Shown: one piece after another, positions 38,587 to 49,700 of the stretch | Numbering within the stretch: the first letter of the stretch is position 1 | Layout of the letters: the number at the start of each line of letters is the position of its first letter | From: Tubiluchus corallicola | Lineage: Eukaryota > Animalia > Priapulida | Length of the DNA stretch: 64,000 nucleotides | Reading direction: 5' to 3' | NCBI GenBank assembly: GCA_030141605.1 | Contig: JAQGDQ010002367.1 | Span: forward strand, 434,001 to 498,000 | Notes under the pieces: generated by a model | The model's database searches: none | Told to the model about the DNA's origin: nothing | The model's input: only the letters and a program-made list of their open reading frames with translations | Made by a program: the position numbers and the translations under genes

Positions 38587-41139
38587 ATGAGCAGTACTGG
38601 CGAAGCAAGGGAAGACGATATAGACAGTAGTTCTGAGTCTCTTGATTCTGATGAACCTATTGAGCCAAAGTTAAAGTATGAAAGGATTGCAAACGACCTC
38701 GCTAGCATTCTTAGTAAAGATGCAGCCAGTTGTATGGCAGTCCATCAAAAATTTCTAGCACTTGGAACACATTGGGGAGTCATACATGTTCTTGACCATC
38801 TAGGCTACAATATTCATGGGAAAGAGAGACCAGCTCATACCACCACAGTAAACCAGATTAGCATTGATGCCGAGGGTGAATATTTAGGCAGCTGTTCTGA
38901 CGATGGCCGGGCTGTCATAGCTGGATTGTATTCCACGGAAAACAACCAGATTCATATGTTTGATAGACCAGTAAAATCCATTGCCATAGATCCTGGTTTT
39001 GCTAAGCCTGGAAGTGGAAAACATTTCATGACTGGCGATGACAAGTTTGTGTTACACGAAAAGGCTTTTCTTAATCGCCATAAAACGTATATCCTTCACA
39101 GGGGGGAAGGTCTTATCAGGAATATCAAATGGTCACCTGCTGGACAGTTTGTTGCTTGGGCAAATGATGTCAGTGTTAAAGTGTATGATATGGTCTTAAA
39201 GAAAAAAATTTCTTCAATCTTGAGAGAGGATACGTCAAACTTCCGACCGGAACTTTATCGATGTAACCTGTTCTGGAAGGATGAGACAACTTTGCTGATT
39301 GGCTGGGCAGATTCTGTTAAAATTTGTGCCATTCGACAGAGAGAAGTTAGTTCTGCAGAACAACTTGTTCGATATGTGGAAATTACAGAAATGTTCACTA
39401 CCGATTTTTACATTTGTGGCTTGGCACCTTTTGGGGACAGTCTCGTGTTGCTCTCATATGTTAGTGATGACCAGCATCTTAGTTCACAGATGGGATCAGA
39501 AAGACCACAGCTGAGAATTGTGGTACCTTACATGAATTATTACGAGGAAGTGTCCAATGACGCTCTGACCATACGGGGATTTTCAGAGTATCGGTGCAAT
39601 GACTACCACCTAGAGTGTATAGCTGATGACAATTTATTTTTCATCATCAGTCCAAAAGACGTTGTAATTGCCAAACCAAGGGACGATGATGATCACCTAC
39701 AGTGGCTTATGGAGCATGAATATTTTGAAGAAGCAATGTCATGTGCGATGAAAAACGATGGAAAACACTTGAAGCGACACAGTCTGCAAGAAATAGGTAG
39801 AGCATATTTAAATCACTTACTAGAGCACGAGCGATACGATGATGCTGCCAGATTGTGTGTGAAAATTAATGGCAAAAATAAGCAACGTTGGGAAGAAGAA
39901 GTTTATAAGTTTGCACGAATTAGACAACTAAAAGCAGTTGCTCCTTATTTACCTAGAGGAGACATCTGCCTTGATCCAGCCATTTATGAAATGGTGCTCA
40001 ATGAGTACCTACACACAGATTATGAAGGGTTTAATAATCTGATAAAAGAATGGCCTAGCTCTTTGTACCATATTCCAACTGTGATTAATGTAGTTAATGA
40101 CCGACTTTATACAGATCCGGATAATGTCATCTTGTTGAAATCTTTAGGTGAACTGTACACTCGGGAGGCATCTTACGACAAAGCACTTGCTATTTATTTG
40201 AGGCTGAAACATAAAGATGTTTTCGACCTAATTCATAAACATGATCTATTTCATTCTATATCGGACAAAATTGAACTGCTAGTAGATTTTGATGTTGAAA
40301 GAGGTGTAAAGCTCTTGTTGGATAACATGGATAAGGTGCCAATAGAGATGGTGATTAAAAAGTTGGAGAGCAGGCCAGATCTTCAACATTTTTATTTGGA
40401 TAAATTATTTCAGAAAGACCCTCATGTCGGACAACAGTATCATGGTCTTCAAGTTCAACTGTATGCACAGTATGCTCCACAAGACCTGTTGTCTTTTCTG
40501 AAATCAAGTAGTTACTATCCGCTTCAGAAAGCCTTAGAGGAATGTCAGAGCAGGAATTTTGTTCGTGAGACTGTGTTTTTACTCGGGCGCATTGGTAACA
40601 CAAAAGAAGCCCTTGCTCTTATCATACGTGAACTGAAAGATGTTAATTGGGCTATTGAATTTTGTATGGAACACGATGATCTTGATCTGTGGGAAGATCT
40701 TATTGCTCAGTCACTTGACAAACCAGATTTTATAAAAGTATTACTGGAAAATATTGGCACTCATGTTGATCCGATAATATTAATAAAGCGGATCCAACCA
40801 GGGTTGAAAATACCAGCACTTCGAAACTCGCTGGTTAAGATAATGCAGGATTACAACTTGCAGATTGCCCTGAGAGAAGGGTGTCAGAATATCCTAATCA
40901 AAGACTGTTATCAACTAATGAACAAACTTGTAAGAACACAAAGCAAAGGCGTAAAAGTTGATGAGCAAGTTTGCTATTCTTGTAGAAATAAACTTATTAT
41001 CAGTGATATCAGATTTGCAAGTAGTGTAGCAGTATTTAACTGTCGTCATGCATTCCATGTAGATTGCTTGGCAGCAGGCACTTTAACTTGTACCATATGC
41101 CATATGCAGAAGAGATCTCCCGGGTCATCACAAAGTTGA
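38587..41139 (+). CDS. VPS41: Vacuolar protein sorting 41 (HOPS subunit), single coding exon
   Basis: Uninterrupted ORF with first ATG at 38587 (850 aa). Acidic N-terminus, EPKLKYERI, KFLALGTHWG (WD40), IISPKDVVIAK, clathrin/CHCR repeat, and a C-terminal RING-H2 (CYSC...CRHAFHVDC...CTIC). A polypyrimidine tract and AG acceptor lie at 38571-38572. Confidence 0.97.
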   Translation: MSSTGEAREDDIDSSSESLDSDEPIEPKLKYERIANDLASILSKDAASCMAVHQKFLALGTHWGVIHVLDHLGYNIHGKERPAHTTTVNQISIDAEGEYLGSCSDDGRAVIAGLYSTENNQIHMFDRPVKSIAIDPGFAKPGSGKHFMTGDDKFVLHEKAFLNRHKTYILHRGEGLIRNIKWSPAGQFVAWANDVSVKVYDMVLKKKISSILREDTSNFRPELYRCNLFWKDETTLLIGWADSVKICAIRQREVSSAEQLVRYVEITEMFTTDFYICGLAPFGDSLVLLSYVSDDQHLSSQMGSERPQLRIVVPYMNYYEEVSNDALTIRGFSEYRCNDYHLECIADDNLFFIISPKDVVIAKPRDDDDHLQWLMEHEYFEEAMSCAMKNDGKHLKRHSLQEIGRAYLNHLLEHERYDDAARLCVKINGKNKQRWEEEVYKFARIRQLKAVAPYLPRGDICLDPAIYEMVLNEYLHTDYEGFNNLIKEWPSSLYHIPTVINVVNDRLYTDPDNVILLKSLGELYTREASYDKALAIYLRLKHKDVFDLIHKHDLFHSISDKIELLVDFDVERGVKLLLDNMDKVPIEMVIKKLESRPDLQHFYLDKLFQKDPHVGQQYHGLQVQLYAQYAPQDLLSFLKSSSYYPLQKALEECQSRNFVRETVFLLGRIGNTKEALALIIRELKDVNWAIEFCMEHDDLDLWEDLIAQSLDKPDFIKVLLENIGTHVDPIILIKRIQPGLKIPALRNSLVKIMQDYNLQIALREGCQNILIKDCYQLMNKLVRTQSKGVKVDEQVCYSCRNKLIISDIRFASSVAVFNCRHAFHVDCLAAGTLTCTICHMQKRSPGSSQS

Positions 41140-41371
41140 TTTTACATGTTTACGTGTGATGTAGTCTAGTCTTCATTGCTCAAGTCCAAGTTTTCGCTTC
41201 ATTTTATGGCTTGTGCTTAATAATAAAAGTTAGTTGATGGTGGTTGAGAAATTCATGATGGCAATTTACTATCCCTAAAAATACTTCAAATCCTACAACA
41301 GTGGTGCTTATCATATTTGTGTGCTGTGTATTAATTATTTATAATCTTAGTCTGAAGAATATTATTATTAA

Positions 41372-41635
41372 TGATGATGTAAACTCACAATTGTTGAAAC
41401 CAAACTTTGAGAAACAAAAAACATAAAAAGTTGGGACATAGCTTGGATTTGAACCAAGAACCTTTTGGGTACAAGCCAGATTGAGGGACACCCCAGTCTA
41501 CCTAGTGGTTATGGCATCTGTCTTGTTAAACAGCAGGTACTTGGTTCAAATCTATGCTGTATTTCAAGTTTTTCACATTTCCTGTTTTTCAAAGTTCGAT
41601 TTCAAAATTAAATAAATTGCAGGTTTGTCTATCAT
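41372..41635. repeat. Inverted repeat built from tRNA-like (SINE-head) arms
   Basis: The right arm has ctagtggtta (A-box-like) and ggttcaaatc (B box). The left arm has the reverse complement gatttgaaccaag. Outer arms aactttgagaaac / gtttttcaaagtt also pair. Confidence 0.6.
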
Positions 41636-44090
41636 GCTGTACATTGTTTAGAGGTCAATGTGATACATTTCAGCTTGTGCTAGAGAATTATAGTTAAATG
41701 AGAGAGTACTGCTGTAAGAATTTCTTGCATTTTATTTTTTACTTGATTTGGTAGCTCAAAAATGTCCACTATCATGCAGTAGTTGTGTGTGTGTTTGCCC
41801 TCAATATACTTGTTTTCTTTCAAACTCACACATGTTTCAGTTGAACAATTTGAAATAATAATACATTACCAATTTTTACACTTAGGTCTAGGACTTTATA
41901 ATTTTTTGTATCTTGCTTCTGTGTTTTCTCTTTACAATTATTATATTGCTTAGAAATTGTTTTTTCCTTGCCTTATTGTAATCAGAGAACATAATATCTG
42001 CTACGCTTAAACTATTATGTAGAAACTATCAGCTATGAATTCACTGTGCAGTAAAAAGCATAAATGGTGGCAAAACAGTGAATGTCTTATTGCTACCCCT
42101 TATTGAGATAGTCTTTTTGGTAATTGCAAGCATGTCTGAAAATTGTCATTTCTTGCCATTTTCTGTTGACTTTGTACAAAATGTTTAACTTGTTCTGGCA
42201 GTTTATAAATAGTGTGCCTTCATATTTATCCTGGATAATTGTTCCCAACAAAACTGCAAAAGTAATGACGATTTGGATATAATAACTTGTAATGTAGGAT
42301 TCATTTTGTAAGAAAGTTTTTCATTATAGTTTTAATTGGTATGTCCGGGTAAAAACATTAATAAAATATATTATTATACATACACAGTGAGCCGTAATTC
42401 GTTTTTGATTTGCAGTTAACACTAAAACAATAAATTACAATAATTATACAATGTTATGATATAGCAATTTATGCTTATAACATTTTTAGAATTCACGCAA
42501 GACTATAATAATTATTCCCACGGTAATGAATGCGAAACATTAGTATTTATAAAATTACATAATTATTTTTATTGGGTGCATATGCTTGAAGCACTATAGA
42601 AGTATTAACGATCAAATTTAAAACTTATTTTATGCGTTATTTATTATGAATTTTTTGCATTACAGATGTTTGTAATTTTAATACGTGATAAAGTAAGCGT
42701 AGGTCATGACTTTCACAGGGTAATACGTGAACATCACATCAGAAAAAATGCAATAACATCTTATCAGACAAAATAAACATCATGCAAACAGCTGACAGTT
42801 TCTCAAGTCTTCATATCGGAGAGTTAATTTGTAACTTGTAGTGTTATAACTTCGTATATAGATATAATATCTACACACACATATATAGGCCTATAGGATT
42901 GGATTTTTGGAAATAATTAACGCTCCTCTAAATTTTTGACTTGTTGCATTACCTAAGTCACACAATGTAATTATTATGTCTTATAATTATAATAACGGAA
43001 CATGAATATAAGTGTGCATTGCTTCATTGAAATTTGATATCAAAACTCTAAGGAAACTGGAATGATTAATTTTGAATTTTGTTGACAATAAGATTGTTAC
43101 GTTGCAGCAAATTTGTTTTGGTTCCTATGCTACTGCTTTTAATTGTAATTTAGATCGATTTGCAGTTCCATTTCTTCCATCCTAGTTTCAGTTTAGATTT
43201 ATTTATTTTTGTTTTTGTTTTAATTTTTGTTTAGTTACTCTAACAGCAACGATTTGCTGCTACGTATAGGCAATCTAGAATTTTTTCGACACTGCTTTGA
43301 CTTTTTTGTTGTTATAAGAAAGCCATTATATTTATTGGAAGTTTATTGACCACTCTACCATAATTAGCTCCTTTAAAAATATGTAAATTTACTTTGGACA
43401 TTTATGTAAAAACAGTAACACACAACGTACATTACAAAACAATAAAATAAAACAATACGTTTATAGAAAACGCATATTTAGTTGATATATTCAAAATTCG
43501 TACTATTTTGTAAGGTGGTAAATTGCAAAAGAAATATTATCAAAAAATGTTGAACTGCCTATTCTACAAGAGCTAGGAGCAGCAAAATAGCTTTGGCAGC
43601 GGCAAATACCGCCTGCGATGTTGACAATGACGACAACAACAATGACAAATTAGGGCAATATACGCCCCATTTTATGTAGAATTCTTGAATTCAAGAAAAA
43701 CTTGAAGGATGGGTGTTACCCTGTCCATGGTATCGAACATTGAACTTCCTCATGCATTACCATTAAGCTATGAAAGTTATACTAGTACAGAATACAACGA
43801 ATACCTTACAATTATGATTTATGAACTCTAGATGTGTAAACTATAGGCACCAAATACTCTCTAGTTAGACCTGCAATATTTAATATTTCATGTTTCTCTA
43901 TTTCACCGTCTTGCAGTTTTTCTCGGCTGTCAAGTGTGCTGCGTGCAAGTTAAAATCTGAGATAAGATAAATAAGAATGGAAATACTCTGCCCTTTGATT
44001 CAGTGTTGTTACACTGCTTTGACGTCAAGTGGGCAGCAGCAGCAAGTTTTGTTTAGAGTAAGTATCATTTATCACCAACTTAAATCGTAA

Positions 44091-44488
44091 GTATAACATT
44101 AAAATTAAAATTTTTAGTCCTTTAAAGTTCATAGCGGTGTAAATAGTTCTCTTTCACAAATCTCAATAAAGGGGACGATGACAATTATTCTTCAAGTATT
44201 AATATTTACGTGTGTTTTATAAACCATCGTTGTTATACATACATGCATATAATTATATCTATAATAATCTACTATATACAATTATATATAATATATATCT
44301 ATTATAATATAATTCTTAGAAGTATTATATATATATATATATTACATGAATATATACCAATGATTGTTTATTAAACACACGTAAATACTTGAAGAAAAAT
44401 TGTCATCCTTTATTGAGATTTGTGAATGAGTACTACTTACACTGCTACAAATTTTGATGGACTAAAGATTTTAATTTTAATGGTATAC
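44091..44488. repeat. Foldback/MITE-like long inverted repeat (about 150-bp arms, TA-rich spacer)
   Basis: cattaaaattaaaatttttagtcc...tcacaaatctcaataaagg...tttacgtgtgttt is mirrored by aaacacacgtaaa...cctttattgagatttgtga...ggactaaagattttaattttaatg. Confidence 0.85.
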
Positions 44489-46701
44489 ATGTGATATATA
44501 TATATATATATATATAGTATTTTTTAATTTTTTGTGTATTTTTCGCTTTTGGCACGAGGTAGTTATAACTTACTGCTTGCGTGATTAAATAAACTGTTTT
44601 TCAAAAAATTGAAAAAATGCTTATGTGCTACCGGGAATTCCAAGCCAAGGTGTCTACACCTAGCTGGTAAGCCGCCTGCATGTTCACTCTCAACCGACAA
44701 GCGCAGGTGTTCCTCCTAAATGTCTATCTAGGGTCACATCTTGTAACACGTAATAAAAAAGTTTCGCTACAGAATTTAAAGGACACGGACGAGTGCTTTA
44801 TTTACCGTTTTCGACTTTCGTTAAGAGAAAGGAAAAAATAAAAAAATCAATAAACAAGATTTTGGGGTTGTTAGGGTGTTTTAGGAAATTGGAAATGACT
44901 AGAGTCGGAATCTCACATTACAAATATTATAACCTTATTTACTAATTATCATGTAGGAAGACACAAAAAAGAAAAGTGCAAACTACCGCTATTGTGTGAT
45001 TTTTTTGTTAACCAATTTTTGTGACTGTTTTTGATGAGCGGCCTTTTTGTGATGCAATTACGAAACATACGCGTAATATCCCCAGGTATGATTACTTGCA
45101 TGTGGCATTTTACTAAAGAATTTTTCATGTTTGTTTCTTAAAGGTTGAATGTAAAAACTTGTCAGTACATTACTTCCATTTTTATACAACCAATCAGATA
45201 TATTAAATTTGAATGTAGATTTTTCCTTCTGGAAAAGAATGGCTTACAAACCGCTGCTGCTATTAGTATTTTCTTGCTTCTTCGTATTTGGACAGACAAC
45301 GCCACTTAAAGAACAGGAACAAAGTAAGATTTTTTATCTTTTGGAAAACTAATTTTTCCAGAACAACATAATCATGTCCTTCTGCATCAATAATTTACAG
45401 CATGTCCTATTGCAGTATTTACTATTTGGACCTAAATATTGCGCCTTACTCGGAAAACGTACCGTATAAAACGGAAGCACTGTGATAAGAGCGTGTAAAT
45501 ATAGAAGCTGTAAAGTAATTATGTTGTGCTAATTTAAAAGTGAAATAATCTGAAGGTAAAGAACTCGTGCAAATAGAAGGTTTCGTGCAAATAGAAAGCT
45601 GTCATGCAGTTCTGAAAAAAACTAGAATTTTTTTTGCTCTATTCGCATATGGTTTATATTAAAGGACAAGAAAAGGGGTACCTTAAGTACGTTTCAGAAA
45701 AATCTCCTTGAAAGGATTTTTTGTGTGTTTTCATTTTAAATCTCCCGCCATACTGTTCCGACCGCGCCATTACATGATGTCATACACGCACAACGTAAAT
45801 CAGGGGAAGAAAGATAAATGTTAAAGTATGTTCCAAAAAACTTTCCATGCAAAGTTATATTACTTAGCATTTCGCTTACCTGCTTGAAAGACTAAGGTAA
45901 CTAGAGAAGAAAATTATTAATTATTTAAAATATTTTCACCAATTCGTAAAGTGTCATTGACTCTAGGATTCATCACTCAGTAACCAAAAAACGTATTTTT
46001 AATCTTATTGACAAGATATTGTAATTTAAAATCTTTCTCGGTTAGTGACGAGTGTGCTACGAATGCTTTTATTCTTTTTCAAACCTTACTCGGTGGTATC
46101 TAAACTTATTTCAAATGACCTATCGTCAAGATGGCTACATCTAACGGTCATCGTGGGAGTTTAAATTTACAAGTTTTATAAAGTGTTGCTGCGGACGCAA
46201 GCCCTGTACGCAAAAAGATAGTATGTAAGTAGTACAAAATTTCAAGACGAACTTTTTAGGCTTCATGTAAGTGAAGGGTTTTCTTTTTCTTTAAGCCGAA
46301 GGTAATCTTCTACTGTGTTGTACAAAATCTAGAAATACAGAAGAGCTTTCCATTACAATTTTGTTCAAATATACACCACTTTCTCAAGTAAGAAAATTGC
46401 CAGTGTTTTGATCAAAAAAAGCTTTCCAATTGTTAATTGGACGCATTTGTAGATTTGAGTGACATTTGGATAATTGAATAGAAATTCATCATACAACTCG
46501 ACACGTTACCTGCCAGCTGAGTTCTTTATATATTAATATTTTAAAAAGATTATATCTTTATATTTTTAAAGATATTACCCTCGCAATAAAGGGTAAATAA
46601 TCACTGTGCGGTTAACAAACTACGTAGGAATAGGTTAAAATGTAGCAACAGAATTCGTTTCCTGGCAAGTAAACCATCTCCTTTAATTGTTATATCCCAG
46701 A

Positions 46702-49700
46702 ATGAGATGTCTAGTGCTTGGCTTTGTTGTTGTTGTTCTTGTGAACAGTTTTGTTTTGAAGCGTGATGACGTCACATGATTGTTGCATTGTTTGTTCTGC
46801 TTTTGGTACTAGAATAGTTCACTTGAGCTTATTATAGGATCAGAATAAAAACTGTTTTAATAAAATTGTTAGTTTAATAAAGAAGACGTCTCTTAAATAA
46901 GATGATGCTTACTATTATTCCGTTTTGAATGCTAGGGACTGTGTGCTATGAGATCATAGGCTGCTTTGAAACCGGAGGGATTTATCCCAACAGGAATCCT
47001 CAATCACCCGAGTATATCAGCACTGGATTTTGGTTGTACACGCGATCAAACCGTAATTCATATCAGGTATTGAATTTAATTTTATTTAATTTTTTTTGTT
47101 TCATACACAAGACAATATACAGCAAAAGAGACAAAGTAGTAGTTAAGGAGAGAAACGGCGTGGAGAAAGGTTCTATTGTCACCGAGTGCCCACCCTTTAG
47201 AGCAAGGTAGCTTACTCATTGCTTTAAACCTTGTTGCTTGCGCTAATAGTCTCATGACAGTGAAAACAAACTAGAATAGTGGAGAATAGTGCATCCAAAT
47301 TATGAACAGGTGGAAGGACGGTGACTCTCCTAACGATGGAAGTGCCCATGTCTTCCAGATTAGGGCACTCGCTTTTGTGGACATGAGCTAAGAAAGCAAA
47401 TAATTAGAGAGAGGAAAAAGCATCAAACGATTTAGAAAAGTGGGCTTGTAAGCATGATTTTGGGGCTCAATCTTTTTTTTCAAAAAATGATTCTTTTGAT
47501 GGAATCAAATGTCGTGCTGTCGCTGACGCGTGTTTTGAAAATGTCTCTCAGGTGAAGACAGAGTGAATATTATGAAGTTTTGTTCTGGAATGAATGGCAG
47601 TGATACGGGAAGCTGAATATATATATATATAGCCCTCACAGATTTCTAATTCTTGCATAAACTTGAGTCATTGTGTTTTACGAGAGTTCTTGAACATGCG
47701 CTGTTATGAAAACACCCTGTCTCTGATAAACAACAAAGCGCTAGCTATAAACTGTGTTATTGTTGCAGAATTTGAAGTATGATGATGGGGGTAGCAGTAT
47801 CTCTTCTTCGTACTGGAGCAGCTCTCGGTCAACAAAATTTCTCACACATGGCTGGAACAGTAAAGGAACTAACAGCTGGATACAGGTAAACCTACACCAT
47901 CAGTTTTAAAAATTTTCAATTCTAAGATCAATATTGAATGGTATAAATCAACAATAAATTAAATTTTGACATCAAAGAAGAAATGTGAAAAAAAATGGAA
48001 TAATGCCGAGATCTGAACCTTTTGCTTACAATGCGAACATTTTGGATTTAGACAACTAGGCCACCTTATTCCCTATTTATCAATGCAAGTTCCGCCTTAT
48101 AGATGGTCAACGAAACTCAGTATTTCCAATGTTAGATCTCTAGTCGGATTCTAAGTAATTAAATTAATTTTTTTATTTCGGTTAGTTGTGAGCTTGGAAT
48201 TCTGTGTGTAATTAATTGACAATCTAGGACCAGTAGCTATGTACAGCGTTTGCTTGCTGCTGCAGTTGATACTTGTAAGTTTGTTGTAAGTTAGTTAGCG
48301 CTTGTCAAGTTTTCAAGAAAACTTCTTCTAAACATTTCCTTTATAGCTAACAATGCATGGTAGTCGGCTGCACATTGCCCAGTCAATTCTGCTGGCTAAC
48401 AAGAGCTATCTGATTGAATACTATTCTTTAGGGTTTTACCCTTCTGATGCGCAACCTATTGGTTATTCGCTGAGTGAATACAATGATTTCCCTTTGATGT
48501 GTGCTTATTTTAACATATACCGTCCCTAATTTTTATCTTTTGATCCACTTTATATTGAGATAATTTCTACTTTCTGATTGTCCACACATCTGCTGTGCAC
48601 AACAGAGTTTATAAAAAGACAGTATTTTCTAGGAAACATTCCAACTGGTCAAGCCCCTAACTGTTGGAAAAGCCGACTGGTCAAGCCGATAAGAATCCTC
48701 CCAATGCTTGAACACCAGCTAGTCTTTTTAATGTAGGAGGATGGGAAAATTCCTAATCGGTGTTCCTGTTTGCACGCGAAAATGTATCAATACTTGTAAA
48801 CTTTTTACTATGTTTGTACTTTCCTTAGTTAAGCACTAAGAGTAGATTATTTTGGAAACTTGTTGCTACTCCATATCAACTGGCTCCATCTGGAATTTTT
48901 TATTGTTATCTTTTGCTTTGTGATTATTTCAGTGGGTCAATAAGACGTTTGTTAGTCTTGTTTACCCACGAGATGAAATGAGAGGTACGATGACAATGAC
49001 GATGAAGAGTGATTGTGATGACGACATGATAGTGATCATACTGGCGATAATAACGACGATGATGATTATGTCGATGACATAAATAGCCGTTACATTACTG
49101 CTATGAAAACCACGGCACTAACGTTCTAAATGTTAACTGTATAGGATATGAAGAACGCCATACTAGACAAGGGCAATTATAACGTAATTATTGTCGACTG
49201 GGAGAAAGGTGCAAATTCCATTTTAGGACTGGATTATCCTCAAGCTGTTGCCAATACTAGAGTTGTAGGAGCCGAAATAGCTGAAGTCATAAAACTCCTT
49301 ATGGTAAGCGGACGTTGGTAACTTAGGGTAATTTAATGATAAATTTTAGGTTTATATCCTGTAAGTATGTAATCATTATATTCAACAGGTAGTTCTTTTA
49401 ACTTAAAAATAAAAATACCTGAGTACAGTTGTAAGTGTGACGTCGTGAATTTTCTCTGTAAGACTGTGAATTTCCACATTCATCCCTCATGAGAAATTTA
49501 AGAGGAAATGTACATACGAAAAGCATTAAATTATAAACAAAACTGCAAGTCAAACCGCGGCGCATCATTTGTCGATTACACGTATAATCAGAAAAAATAG
49601 GTATGTGTAGAATCTCTATTCTAATATGTATAGAGCATCATTAACGACAAAATACCATTGGGTGTCAAACTTTAGGTTAGACATTGCTAACAATCATATC

